A DNA stretch of 64,000 nt from Octopus vulgaris (GCA_951406725.2 OX597821.1:90272001-90336000); one strand, 5' to 3'; counted from the first letter of the stretch, positions 1 to 13,109 are shown. A program made the numbers and translations. Notes: generated from the sequence alone by a model not told the origin.

Positions 1-289
1 ATATATTAATATTTTAATATATCGACTAATCTCCCCAGTCAACTTTTGTTATTCCTGATTCAATGAGACGACTGTAACAGCACTTTGAACACATTCTTTT
101 AAAGACGACTTGCCCGATGACTAGTTCACAGAATGCAATCGGGAATCTTAGGAGCTCCCTAAGCAATAAAGTTTTGTGCTAAACTAGGCAACAGTGATAC
201 AGAAACATTTGTAAAGCTCCAGACAACTTATGGATTAACTTTTTCGCTGGTACATAAGGCTCAAGGACAGTATACATTAGCTGAGAGAC

Positions 290-790
290 GTTGACAAATA
301 CGGGAGGGAGGGACATCAGATTTAGTAAATAAATTCGTTGTTTTCTAAATGTAGACCAATATGTGTCTATAATGAGAATAACGATACAGTTTGGAGTTGA
401 AGTAACAACTATACACAGAATCATTCATTAAGATATGAACATGCGTAAAATTTGTGCAAAGTTCGCTCCTAGGGTGCTCAGTGACGAGTGTACTGTCAAC
501 CAACTACCTGGCAGAGGAGGGCATCAAAACTATCCCTCAACCCCACACCTACAGTCCAGACCATGCTTCCTGAGACATTTGGTTGTTCCTCAACGTGAAG
601 GTGAACTTCAATGGCAGTCGTTTCGGAGATGAAGGAGCTTATAACAAAGGATGTGGACACCTTCGTTTTGAATGATTTCCATGGGGCCTTCACGAAGTAA
701 TCGGAACGCTATAAGTGCATTGAAGTTAGATGTAGCTACTTTGAAAGAGAACAGAGTTTTTAGTTGTTTTAAAGATTTTAGTTCTTTTAA
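290..790 (+). mobile_element. Decayed, internally deleted mariner transposase relic
   Basis: Translates to ...VTTIHRIIH*DMNMRKICAKFAPRVLS (WVPRxL-type motif), then after a deletion NYLAEEGIKTIPQPHTYSPDHAS*DIWLFLNVK (YSPDLAPxD-type motif) and a C-terminal KCIEVRCSYFE-like end. Contains stops and frameshifts. Boundaries approximate. Confidence 0.8.
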
Positions 791-1061
791 AGTAGTAAAT
801 ATTTCTCCTGAAACAAATTTAAGAACTTCTACATCTTATATATATAATTTTACATATCTGCATCTGCATAATATATAAGTAAAGTGACTAGCTTATATAG
901 AACTTAACCTGAATGACTTAGAGTCATTTATTTTGTTTTTGTCTTCAGGATTCAATACTTTACAGTTCAGAATTAATAATGTAGCAGTGTCATATTAGGT
1001 TCAATATTTCATCTCTCTCTCTCTCTCTTTTTTTCTCTCTCTCATTCTTTCATCATGTGTG

Positions 1062-1062
<1 letters not shown>

Positions 1063-1148
<86 letters not shown>
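1063..1148. repeat. (TA)n microsatellite, one of dozens in the window
   Basis: Direct reading. Confidence 0.95.
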
Positions 1149-1150
<2 letters not shown>

Positions 1151-1958
1151 GTGTGTGTCAATGTTTGCTTGCGTACGAATTTTTATATAAAAACAATTTA
1201 AGATTAGATTTAAAAGATCACTCCATATTTTTAGTAGAGTACATTTTTTTAAAGTTTTTCAAGCAACAAATATTGATTGTGACTTCGGTGTTTCCGCTAA
1301 CTTTGCAGTAATATGTGTAGGGTGGGTGAAAGGTGATTGTGAACTTGCTAACAAAAGCACAGAAATGCTTAATACATAACACAGAAGTTATATTTATATG
1401 AACCTGAGGTTTCCCCTCTATCACTAGACAGATATCTCCTTTCTTCTGCTTTTAGTAACCGTTATAACATTAAACACTTTATAGCGACAAAGAGTTTGAA
1501 TTAATATATAAACGCTAGTGTAGTACCCATCAATCATGATGGCGTTTACTTGCATATGGAATGAATTATGCAAAGATAATGTGAGTGAAAGAGAGAGATA
1601 AAGACAGTGAGATGGGATTACATATTGAAATATACATAGAGCTTTATTGATAGCAGGATCAGGAGGTATTAAGCTATATAGTGTTAGAATGAAAATATAA
1701 CTGTCAGTATATGAGTGTAAGGTCAATTATTACCTAATTATCCTTTCACTCATAATTTATCCATCTCCCTATTCATTTATACATCCATACGTCTATATTA
1801 ATATATATTTAAGCATGTTTTTATAATTATAGTTATAGCTATGAGCAATTGACAAGCTTTGCTCAAATATGCACAGCAATAATACGATGCTGGAAACATG
1901 CCTGTCAATTTCGCACATGCTTTCACAATATTCCTTTAGTACAAGCCTTGGCAGAGCC

Positions 1959-1970
1959 TATGTATGTATG

Positions 1971-2004
<34 letters not shown>

Positions 2005-2022
2005 TGTATGTATGTATGTATG

Positions 2023-2053
<31 letters not shown>

Positions 2054-2086
2054 GTATGTATGTATGTATGTATGTATGTATGTATG
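1959..2086. repeat. (TATG)n microsatellite
   Basis: Direct reading. Confidence 0.95.
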
Positions 2087-2379
2087 TGTGTATATACAGA
2101 TGTCCCTTGATTTTCACGGTCGATCTGTTCAGTTTATCTTCGTACATATCGAAATCGTGTACTACGAAGAACACATGGTTTTAACATTATTAATAAAAAG
2201 AAAATACAACAGTTATTATAATGGAATCGCGCGTAATAAATAGAGAAATCGTGGGGAAGCGCAGACACATATATTGATATACTTATCTTTATCTACCTGC
2301 CTATCTATCTGTCTATCTATTTATACACATATACGTATACATTAATATACATATAAAGCTCTATATAAATAAATATATA

Positions 2380-3247
2380 CAAGGTATCCCAAAAGTCACT
2401 ATACACTTTCTTTTTTCTATTTCGTTTCAGGAATCATTCGACGAGACGTGAGGCCATCAGAATCTGACACCTTAGTGTTTGCAGTTATTGTAAGTGTATC
2501 ATTCCCTTACCCGTAGCACTTCATGCTACCAGAATCGGAGAGTCTCTTTCATGTTTGAGAATTTCTGTTCGTTTTGATTTTCCCCAAATTCAACAATTGT
2601 ATCGGTTTATCCGACCAGAGGGATGAAGGAATAACGCATCACTGAACCATAAGTTTTCCAAGAACTGAGAGTCGTTTTGATAATGATGGAGGAATGATTC
2701 ACACATTTCAACAGTAGCATCAAAATCTTCCGCTTAAAACCTTTCAACAACCTGAAGTCACGATACGGGTAGAGCTTTATCATTCTCCGAAGCATCCGCT
2801 GAATCGAGCTTGTGTTAATGCTAAGTTCCAGTGCAGTCCATCGGATGTACATGCATTGGCTTTTCGCGAACGCTTGCTTCGGGAGTTCTCTGTTTATCGA
2901 TGGTGCTGGTAGCAAGCCTTCCTCTGCGTGGTTTGTCAAGAACATAATCTGTTTCGAGAAACAGGCTATGGATAGCATAATTTGTGCTACACGTTGAAGC
3001 AGTGTGACGGCCATAAACTTTCTCAAACTTACCATCCACTGCAGTAGGGACTGAAGAACTTCTTGCCAAGCGGTAATTTTGCAACGCTGCTCTAACATCA
3101 ACTGGCGAGCCATAGGCAAAGGGACGATACATTTACAAAAAGTGCAAACTCTAAAATGTCAAATTCTGATGGCTTCACATCTCACCGAAACATACCTGAA
3201 ACGAAATAGAAAAAGAGAAAGGGTATAGAGCCTTTTGGGACACTCTG
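2380..3247 (-). mobile_element. Internally deleted IS630/Tc1/mariner-superfamily DNA transposon with about 105-bp imperfect TIRs and TA target duplication
   Basis: Left end CAAGGTATCCCAAAAGTCACTATACACTTTC..ATTTCGTTTCAGG matches the reverse complement of the right end (CAGAGTGTCCCAAAAGGCTCTATACCCTTTC..ATTTCGTTTCAGG). TA at 2378-2379 and 3248-3249. The frameshifted minus-strand transposase reads MARQLMLEQRCKI..VLDKPRRGR..KLYPY..NLWFSDALFLHPSGRINRYNC*IWG and stops after the first catalytic Asp region. Confidence 0.88.
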
Positions 3248-3250
3248 TAT

Positions 3251-3416
3251 AGGCGCAGGAGTGGCTGTGTGGTAAGTAGCTTGTTTACCAACCACATGAT
3301 TCCGGGTTCAGTCCCACTGCGTGGCAACATGGGCAAGTGTCTTCTACTATAGCTTCGGGCCGATTAAAGCCTCGTGAGTGGATTTGGTAGACGGAAACTG
3401 AAAGAAGCCCGTTTTA

Positions 3417-3447
<31 letters not shown>

Positions 3448-3635
3448 GCGTGTGTGTGTTTGTGTGTCTGTGTTTGTCCCCCTAGCATTGCTTGACAACC
3501 GATGCTGGTGTGTTTATGTCCCCGTTACTTAGCGGTTCGGCAAAAGAGACCGATAGGATAAGTACTAGGCTTACAAAATAATAAGTCCCGGGGTCGAGTT
3601 GCTCGATTAAAGGCGGTGCTCCAGCATGGCCGCAG
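3251..3635 (+). mobile_element. tRNA-derived SINE family A, lacking the last ~35 nt
   Basis: A-box-like TGGCTGTGTGGTAA, B-box-like GGTTCAGTCCC and an internal (TA)n(TG)n tract. Near-identical copies recur throughout the window. Confidence 0.92.
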
Positions 3636-3663
3636 AGTATGTATGTACTCACATATAAATATA

Positions 3664-3887
3664 CTCTTTCTCTTTACTCTTTTGCTTGTTTCAGTCAGTT
3701 GACTGTGGCCATGCTGGAGCACCGCCTTTGGTCGAGCAAATCTACCCCGGGATTTATTCTTTGTAAGCCCAGTACTTATTCTATCGGTCTCTTTTGCCGA
3801 ACCGCTAAGTGACGGGGACGTAAACACACCAGCATCGGTTGTTAAGCAATGCTAGGGGGGCAAACACACACACATACACACATACAC

Positions 3888-3952
<65 letters not shown>

Positions 3953-4118
3953 TACGACAGGCTTCTTTCAGTTTCCGTCTACCAAATCCACTCACAAGGC
4001 ATTGGTCGGCCCGGGGCTATAGCAGAAGACACTTGCCCAAGATGCCACGCAGTGGGACTGAACCCGGAACCATGTGGTTGGTTAGCAAGCTACTTACCAC
4101 ACAGCCACTCATGCGCCT
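3664..4118 (-). mobile_element. SINE family A, full length, inverted
   Basis: Reverse complement of the family A sequence, including the (AAAGAGT)-type tail. Confidence 0.92.
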
Positions 4119-4553
4119 ATATTGACGTATATTAATAATTACACACACATATATACATATGTATGTGTTTGTACAGAGAAAGGGGAGAGAGAGATAGAAA
4201 GACAGAGAGATAGATAAATATTGCTATATATATAAATGGGCTCTATCTTCTATTCAGACCTTTCTGTATTCTTTCTGTAATATAACTACGTATGCATTAT
4301 CTGTGCTTTAATTTTATCGAAGATCCATTGTCTACACTAGCTTCGAATTTTCCCACACCTTCCTTGTAATTGTTCTCGCTATTTTTTCAAACAATAGTAA
4401 ACAGTTCAGCAGTTTCTGTTCAATAATTTCTCCGTTTTGAATTTGATTTGATATAATAATTTCCATTTCTAGAGGAATCGAATTTCTTGGCTTGTGAAAT
4501 TATTTTTCATTCACACAAAATATTTAACAGAAATACTAAAATAATTCTAACAT

Positions 4554-4945
4554 AGGCGCAGGAGTGGCTGTGTGGTAAGTAGCTTGCTAACCAACCACAT
4601 GGTTCCGGGTTCAGTCCCACTGCGTGGCATCTTGGGCAAAGTGTCTTCTGCTATAGCCCCGGGCCGACCAATGCCTTGTGAGTGGATTTGGTAGACGGAA
4701 ACTGAAAGAAGCCTGTCGTATATATGTATATATATGTATGTGTGTGTATGTGTGTCTGTGTTTGTCCCCCGAGCATTGCTTGACAACCGATGCTGGTGTG
4801 TTTACGTCCCCGTCAATTAGCGGTTAGGCAAAAAGACCGATAGAATAAGTACTGGGCTTACAAAGAATAAGTCCCGTGGTCGATTTTCTCGACTAAAGGT
4901 GGTGCTCCAACATGGCCGCAGTCAACTGACTGAAACAAGTAAAGG
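4554..4945 (+). mobile_element. SINE family A, full length
   Basis: AGGCGCAGGAGTGGCTG...GACTGAAACAAGTAAAGG followed by an A run. Confidence 0.92.
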
Positions 4946-5104
4946 AAAAAAAAAAAAAGCAAACCTTATTATGGAGAACGGCTTACAAACTCTTTCTTTC
5001 GACGTATCTTTTCATATACGGCAGTGTTGGTGTACTCCGCATGAAGATTATAACGAAAGTAGTTGAATACCTGAGAACAGAAAATATTTATTTCTTGCTA
5101 ATTT

Positions 5105-5235
5105 AATTTCATTTAGTGTTAAAATTCAGCTGTGGTCAGTTTTGCTTTTCATCAGTTTAAGGTCGAGAAAATAATGTACCAGACAAGCCAAGAGTCGGTA
5201 TGACCGACTTTCCCCTGCCACAAAATGTCACCTTG
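5105..5235 (+). mobile_element. Decayed SINE family C fragment
   Basis: Degenerate match to the GACTTTGCCTTTCATCC..GGTCGATAAA..AGTACCAG core seen at 33364 and 55774. Confidence 0.5.
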
Positions 5236-5601
5236 CTGTCGTTACGGTGAATTTGTTATTATTTTATCGATGCCTAAATAAAAATAGCAAAACACTCTCC
5301 GTGTATCTTCTCGACACTCGAGAAGCATTTAATAGCTTGTGGTTACTTAAGAATCCTTGTGGTTTTACAAGCCGCACGTACGTATACAATTTCTCATGCG
5401 TAACTAAACTAGGAGTGAATCATTTAGACTCGGGTCTAAGTCTAACTTACAATGGGGGAGTGAAATGAAAGTAAACTGAATAGAGAATTAAAAACCGAAA
5501 GGAAAATGATTAAATGGAACTTCTTTAATAATAATAATAATAATAATAACAACAACATCAACAAAAACAACAACAATAATTATATAATGATAATAATAAT
5601 A

Positions 5602-5633
<32 letters not shown>

Positions 5634-5634
5634 C

Positions 5635-6250
5635 TTTCTGCTAGAGGCACAAGGCCTGAAATTTGGTGTGTAGGGGCATAGTTGATTACTTCGACTCCGA
5701 TACTCAACCGGTACTTATTTTATCTACCGCAAAACAATGAAATACAAAGACTACTTTGGCCCAATTTGAACTCCGAACGTGAAGACGGAGAGACATTGCT
5801 AAGGGTTTCGCCCGGCTTGCTAACGATTCTGCCAGCTTGTCGTGTTAATAACAACATTAATTCATCTATTGCAAGCACCTGGCCTGAAATTTTACCAGAG
5901 GGAGAGTTTCGATTGCATGGACTCCAGTATTTAATTGATTCTTATTTCATTGAACCTGACACGCAAAGACGACTTCAGCCGAGATTTGAACTCAGAACGT
6001 AAATAGGGACTAAGATTTGTATCCGGCATACAAACACTCCTGCCAATTCGCCACTTTTTAAAAAATTAATGTCCTAATAATAAAAATATATTCACATTTT
6101 GGCACAAGGTCAGCAATTTTTGAGGATGGTATTTGTCAATTATATCGATGCCAAAGTTGATTTTGAAGGAACCTCGACACAGCACATGAGGAACCGGAAC
6201 ATAAACGGTAAAGCATTTCATCCGTAGCGCTAGCAATTCAGCCAGCTCGA
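5635..6250 (-). mobile_element. Three tandem decayed copies of SINE family C (about 5635-5845, 5868-6055, 6097-6250)
   Basis: On the plus strand each starts with a GGCACAAGGCC-like..AAATTT motif and ends in a TCTGCCAGCTCGCC-like sequence, matching the intact copy at 55774-56003. Confidence 0.75.
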
Positions 6251-6392
6251 TGTGCTAAAATGAAATCGTGAGAAACAATTCCCGTGCAAACCGAAGCACA
6301 ATTGTACATGCCTGCGCAAGCATATATGCATGCATGCAGAAATGATATGTGCACGTGAATCTGTATGTATATAATTATGTATATGAATAGGT

Positions 6393-6706
6393 GTGGAGGC
6401 GCAATGGCCCAGTGGTTAGGGCAGCGGACTCGCGGTCGTAGGATCGCGGTTTCGATTCCCAGACCAGGCGTTGTGAATGTTTATTGAGCGAAAACACCTA
6501 AAGCTCCACGAGGCTCCTGCAGGGGGTGGGGGTGGCGATCCCTGCTGTACTCTTTCGCTACAACTTTTTCTCACTCTTTCTTCTGTTGGCCTGCTCGCTT
6601 AGCCAGCGGGGTGGCATCATTTGAAGGCTAAAACAATGCGAAGCGCATTGTGACCAGCGATGTGTAGCAACATCTGATAGCCTGGTCGATCACGGTGATC
6701 ACGGTG
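6393..6706 (+). mobile_element. tRNA-derived SINE family B, tail type 1, with 12-bp TSD
   Basis: A box TGGCCCAGTGG and B box GGTTTCGATTCC. ATATGAATAGGT is duplicated at 6381-6392 and 6707-6718. The tail ends in (ATCACGGTG)x2. Confidence 0.93.
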
Positions 6707-7301
6707 ATATGAATAGGTATATATGTATATATGTGACATTCATACATCTTGATAGAGCCGGCAATCAAGAACTAATGCTAATTTTCATATACATATAAGT
6801 GTGTGTAAGCATGTACTTATAAAATATATGCTTATATGCTGTTCTATTTTTTCTTCTTTTTTTCTACAGTTCATGAGATATGATAAAAATGTGCTGGATC
6901 TGATGTGTTTAAAATCATATCAGCATGACTGTTATCTGCATGAAATCTTTAGATAAGGGCTTTAAACTCTATTTACTTTCACATGCGCGCGCACGCACAC
7001 ACGTATGAACGGTCTTACGTACGCTTTCAACACATAAACACAAAGTAGGACACAGAAACACGCAGACTGTTATTTACATTTTGGCACACCGATGCTGTTT
7101 GATTAGAAAATAACCTTATGAGATTTCGGTTCACAGATCAAAGAATGGAACTATGATAATGGAAACATCTTGTTATTCTGATCCTTCAATCCGGTATATA
7201 ATAGCACGGTAGCATTGGAGAATAATAGTCGACATCATCAAGACTCTTAATACATGACAATGGAAGTGGAGGGGTTTCGTTTCGCCACGACTTTCACTTA
7301 C

Positions 7302-7363
7302 CTACACTGCATATAGAAGCATGCATTAATATAAAAACACACAATCGGAATGCTCAGCTTCCT
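7302..7363 (-). other. Candidate 62-nt exon of an unidentified minus-strand transcript
   Basis: Acceptor CACTTTTCATATTTCAG| and donor AG|GTAAGTG flank non-repetitive sequence. One frame is open (RKLSIPIVCFYINACFYMQC). No homology recognised. Confidence 0.35.
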
Positions 7364-7575
7364 CTGAAATATGAAAAGTGACACAACAGCAGTGGTAGTA
7401 CAAGTGAAAGTGGTGGTAGAGGTGGTAGAGGTTGTAGTGGTGGAGCTTCCATCTCATGTCCAGTCTTTTATTATTCTTGCGTCACCAATTAAACCGTTCA
7501 CATTTTTCTTCCTCTTCCTCTTCCTCCTCCTAACACACATCATAAATAATAACCCTATCCATTATATACAGTTGG

Positions 7576-7614
<39 letters not shown>

Positions 7615-7721
7615 GTATGTATATATAAACATATAATATGTGTACATATATATATATATATATATGCATATATGTATGTGTATATATACAGATATAATAT
7701 AATATATGTACATATATATAA

Positions 7722-7770
<49 letters not shown>

Positions 7771-8099
7771 ACACACTCTTATAGACATACATATACACAC
7801 ACGCAAATACACAATCACGTTAATCTGAAGAGAGAGAGAGAGAGAGAGGGAAAGAAAGAAAGAAATATAGATAAATAGAAGTAGAGAGACAAAGAGAGAT
7901 AGATTAATATGTATGTAGACAAATTGATAGATTGATAGGAAATAAATGGATACAGAAAGGGGCAGAGAGAGATAGAGAGGGAGAGTGAAAGAGAGAGATG
8001 GATGGATATATGGAAATATGTGTACGAGAAGTAGAGAAATAAATGGCGGGCAATAAATGAGAAAAAGACAAACATACAGCTACAATGAGAGTAAAGAAA

Positions 8100-8475
8100 G
8101 AGAGTAAAGTAAATAAGCGAATGGAATAGACAGATTCACGGAGGCAGAAATGATCACGTAGAATGGGAGTACAGAAGAAACAGTGAGAGTATGTGCAAGA
8201 GAAGCGGATGAGCAGGGGGTTTCTTCATCGGGTTCTACAGACAAAAACATAAAATAGATTGAGAGCCATTCCGTTGAAAAGAGTGACCGGTAATGCATCT
8301 GCTGTTCGGACATGAATTGTCCACTAAGTAGCCTCTATTGAGTTATCTAGTTGACCATATCGCGTAGAGGCATTTCTCACAAAGACACCGCGTATTGGTG
8401 AGTGTCTGAAGCAATGGGGAACATATTGTTTGTGGATGGCAAAGAAAAGGAAGGAACTGGAAGATGCTGTTAATG

Positions 8476-8520
<45 letters not shown>

Positions 8521-8583
8521 CATATATAAATATATATACACACATAATATATATAATATACGGATATAATACATGTATATATA

Positions 8584-8632
<49 letters not shown>

Positions 8633-8830
8633 TTATGTTTAAAGTAATGTTTGGTTATGAGCGGTGGGAAGGCGGTAGCAAGATTTGGAGAAAGGAGAAC
8701 AGGAGAAGGGTGGTTTCCGTAAGGGATTGTTAGAAGGGGTGGAGAAGAAAATGCTTTTCAGGAATCCACGTCCACACACATTCCTTGTAAATTCCCCATT
8801 TCTTCACATCCGACTGCAGCACATCATACA
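8100..8830 (-). mobile_element. Possible heavily decayed Penelope-like endonuclease-region relic interrupted by (TA)n
   Basis: Fragments FLCHPQTICSPLLQTLTNT, CEKCLY and YGQLD..LPVTLFN loosely follow the Cys-rich linker then GIY-YIG order. The purine-rich plus strand resembles 39855-40340. Confidence 0.35.
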
Positions 8831-8886
8831 ATAACATCCATTATATCTTAATGTGGAACACCATTAAAATTGCTTTTGAACTGCCA

Positions 8887-8991
<105 letters not shown>

Positions 8992-9139
8992 AATATGTTT
9001 CTGCATGTATTATGTAGCCATCTTTCTAACTATCTGTGTGCCTATCGATCTATCTACGTATATGTGTGTGCATATATAGAATTACACACATATGTATGAT
9101 TATCAGTATATCTAAACATATTGTGGCACATATAAGTAT

Positions 9140-9172
<33 letters not shown>

Positions 9173-9419
9173 TACATCTATACATCTATACATACACAGA
9201 TATATATGTGTGTATGTGTGTGTGTTTTATTTATGAATATGTGTGCAATATATGGGCGTGCGTAGGTACTGTAAATATAAGCAATAACTTACTGTTTTAC
9301 CTGTGTGCTTTTGCAGTTTTAAATTATAATATTGGCGACTGAATGCATGCATTTTTAAAAAAGTAGGAATCAGTCAATTGACGCTTATGTTGCTTAATCC
9401 ACAGAGAAATCAATTTTAA

Positions 9420-10270
9420 GTGGTGTACCTTACTGAACTCTTCTGAAACCATTAATGCCAGTGTGGATATTCGGCCACGTCGACAATACAAAAATATCAC
9501 TGGTAGCGAACACCACAGAGAGCCCTGGATACAATATACAAGTGAGCGGATGAGAACGATGTGCTGCTCAATGCTGAAAAATCTTAAGTGTTCTGTTTTC
9601 AGTTCTCAAATAGACTGCAATCAGTGTGCCAAGCAATAACGGTTACAGCAAACCTGGACTTACAATCAATGTGTGATCTTTGGATCAAGATGAATAAAAA
9701 TGCGTCATTCCCTGTACATATTACTAAGTTGGCAACAATCTCAAATAAAATCGCTGGTTAGCTTTTGAGATTCAGAAGCTAAATATCTGCGCATTGTTCT
9801 TAGATCATTCAGAGTAACAAAAAGAAAACGATTTTGATTCTGTGAAGAACATTTGTTCTCAGTGGCCTGCAACATTGCTCACAATTGAAGTCGCCATATC
9901 ATATCACATTAAAATTGGAGATCAAGGCTGTTAAATTAAAAACATGGTACTAAAAACAATAATACTCTGGTCCATTCTGCCAAAATTCGCAGATATGCAG
10001 GGATATGTATAAAGATGATGTTCTAGTGCCTAGCGCCGAACTTCGGAATTGAAAGGTTTACAAAACATCGAAATGGATGCTACCCCATACTACCAAATGG
10101 ACGACACTCTCCATCTGAAGAAAAAATACAATAGGGTAACTGTTTAAATTTCAACACCTCGCGATTTTTCAGCAACTGGTCAAAGAGCCATAGTATTCTA
10201 CGAAGAGTTGGCGTGGTTCAACAGACAGTAAAATTTCTATCCCAGGTACCAGATAAATTCATTACATCAA
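9420..10270 (+). mobile_element. Decayed CR1/L2-type LINE ORF2 3' region
   Basis: VCDLWIKMNKNASFPVHITKLATISNKIAG*LLRF (cf. VRDLG..F..HI..A...GW.LR), LAPNFGIERFTKHRNG and LSQVPDK motifs occur in the expected order, with many stops. Confidence 0.6.
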
Positions 10271-10425
10271 AAAAGGCAAATTCATGTGAGATGGAAAGTG
10301 TCCCTGCTTTACCAATGTATGCCGCTTACACTCAAACCAATAGGGGCTAAACAATACGTCCACGGTACAATATGCACACACAAATACAATAACTGTACGT
10401 GTGTATGTATATGTATTTGTGTGTG

Positions 10426-10469
<44 letters not shown>

Positions 10470-10518
10470 CATATATATATACACATGCATACATATACAT
10501 ATATAAATATATACATAA

Positions 10519-10558
<40 letters not shown>

Positions 10559-11475
10559 TTTCTTATTTATGCTAATATCGATGTATCATCTATTATATAT
10601 GAAACATTTGTAGACATATAGAATAAACATCGGCTTTCTTACACCACTTCTCTTGTCAGATATATATATGTTTATAAGTTGTTGTGTCTCTGTGGGAAGG
10701 ATGTAATGAGAATGAGTTTTTTTAACAATCTATACAACACAATTGTATATAAGATACTTCTTTATACTTAATGTATTCGAGGAAAGAAAAACCGAGGGGC
10801 CACTTCAAATCCTCTGTTGAATTTTCACCAGAAAGTGAGTATCTTCGGTAAATACCACCGGAGACATCCTATTAATAAGGACTTAAAATAATGAAAAGAT
10901 AGAATTGCATATGCAAGTTTTTCTTGGCAACTGTTTCGAATTATGGTGTATTGACAGCAATTTGTTTTATGCTATTCTGTAGTATAGAATATGTCTATAG
11001 ATTTGTAAATGTTCGGCTGAAGCTTCTTTTTCTGTCTGTGAAGATATCGTAGATAAAGACAAATGTTTATATCAGTCTATTAACATACAGCGTTCAATAG
11101 AATCTATGTATGTATTCTCTAGTACCATATAGAATTGAAACGTAACTTGGTTTACGTACGGGTAATATATTTTAAGTTCGTACAAACAGCCAGTCGGGAA
11201 GTCATGAATAAAAGGCAAGTGGAAATAAAACGAAAATCATTGTCAAATATAATAACAAATGTTTATCTAAAACAACAGCTTCCTACTTACATATTCTACC
11301 ACTACCACATCAGCCACGGTTGTGAAAATATATGCCTCATTTAAATTCATTAAAGGATAGTATCTGGAATTTACTTCATCGCAGCAGTTTGATCATTTAA
11401 AAATCAGAGTTAAAATGGATGAGACAGACAGGGAAGACAAATATGACGTTTCAACAAATTTGCCTCAGTGCAAAT

Positions 11476-11876
11476 AGGCGCAGGAGTGGCTGTGTGGTAA
11501 GTAGCTTGTTTACCAACCACATGGTTCCGGGTTCAGTCCCACTGCGTGGCACTTTGGGCAAGTGTCTTCTACTATTGCCTCGGGCCGACCAAAGCTTTGT
11601 GAGTGGATTTGGTAGACGGAAACTGAAAGAAGCCCGTCGTATATATGCATATATATGTATATGCGTGTGTGTGTTTGTGTGTCTATGTTCGTCCCTCTAG
11701 CATTGCTTGACAACCGATGCTGGTGTGTTTATGTCCCGGTTCGGCAAAAGGGACCGATAGAATAAGTACTGGGCTTACAAAGAATAAGTCCCGGGGTCGA
11801 GTTGCTCGATTAAAGGCGGTGCTCACAGCATGGCCGCAGTCAAATGACTGAAACAAGTAAAAGAGTAAAGAGAGAG
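11476..11876 (+). mobile_element. SINE family A, with small internal deletion
   Basis: Full head and AAGTAAAAGAGTAAAGAG tail. Confidence 0.92.
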
Positions 11877-12673
11877 TGTGACAGAGTATTGTAATAATGG
11901 GATTTCTGCTACCTGTTTGTGCTACTAACCTTCATGCTAATGCTTATTCAAAAAGAAAAAGAAGAAAGAAAATAGAAAGATTGTTCGAAGGAATAACAAG
12001 ATTGGTCGTGTATAATTTTCCTTTTATTTCTTAAACAAAAATGTAAATTTCAGCAGGCAGACTCTTAGATTAGAAAAAAAAACAAAACATGGAATAATAA
12101 TTTCTCAGAACATAGTTTGTGAACGTACATTAAAATAGAACGGAATTCAGACATAGAAGACTTCAAATCATGATTTACAACAATCAAAGCCAAGTTTACA
12201 TAAAATGTGTAGAAATGTTCATCGATAAGTCAATTAGATAATTTGCGTTGTAGATATGTTGTGGAAAATGTACATACGTATTTTAATGTTATGCTTTTAA
12301 TGGAATATTTTGTGTCGTAGTATCAATACGAGCAAGCAGATAAATGGCCATCGGTAAAAAGAAAATTTAAGTAAACTTCACGTCTATTTAAAATGATAGA
12401 AATTACGCTGTGGAGACTAGACCAAGTTTAATGTCTGTCGAACCGTGGGAGAATGAAATGATTTATCAAAGAGGCTTGACTGTAAATGTTCCCAGATTGA
12501 AAATCAGAAGTAGTGAGACAGATTTTGATACCCAGCTAATGCAAAAATATGAACGAAAACTGTTTTAGATGTGTATATATACATACACACACACGCGTAA
12601 ATATATATATATATATATATATATAATGTGTATGTATATGTATATACCGATAATGATAGCGATATATATATAT

Positions 12674-12988
12674 AACGATAAACGTCGCCCTTCTCAAGCC
12701 TAGCCCGGCTCATGGGCCCGGTTTTCCGGTTTCTGTGGCGTATGTGTTCTCCACAGCTGGACAGGACGCCAGTCCATCGCAGCATTACTCAAGAAACAAG
12801 AAGAGAGAGTGAAAGAAAGTTGGGGCGAAATAGTACAACAGGGGTCACCACCACCCCCTGCCGGAGCCTGGTGGAGCTTTTAGGTGTTTTCGCTCAATAA
12901 ACACGCACACCGCCCGGGCTGGGAATCGAAATCGCGATTCTCCGACCACGAGTCTGCTGCCCTAACCACTGAGCCATTGCGCCTCCAC
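12674..12988 (-). mobile_element. SINE family B, tail type 2
   Basis: Same ~190-nt head as 6393, followed by CTGCGATGGACTGGCGTCCTGTCCAGC..AGAAACCGG. This resembles the conserved central domain of Meta/V-type SINEs, recognised from memory. Confidence 0.88.
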
Positions 12989-13074
12989 ACACACACACAC
13001 ACACATATATATATACATACATATATATATATATAGAGAGAGAGAGAGCGAGAAAGAGACAGAAAGACAGACAA

Positions 13075-13109
13075 CTAGATAGATTGATAGATGGATGGAT
13101 GGATTGATG

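Noticed and set aside
4988-5065. Imperfect ~75-nt hairpin (pre-miRNA-like)
   Set aside because: Many bulges and no recognisable miRNA. Such folds are common in AT-rich DNA.
6395-6470. tRNA-like sequence with A and B boxes
   Set aside because: It continues into a SINE body bounded by a TSD and has no proper acceptor stem, so it is not a tRNA gene. The same applies to the other SINE heads.
10920-11080. Minus-strand GAAACAGTTGCC resembling a hammerhead stem III
   Set aside because: The cleavage triplet is broken, and no matching core or stem I could be found.
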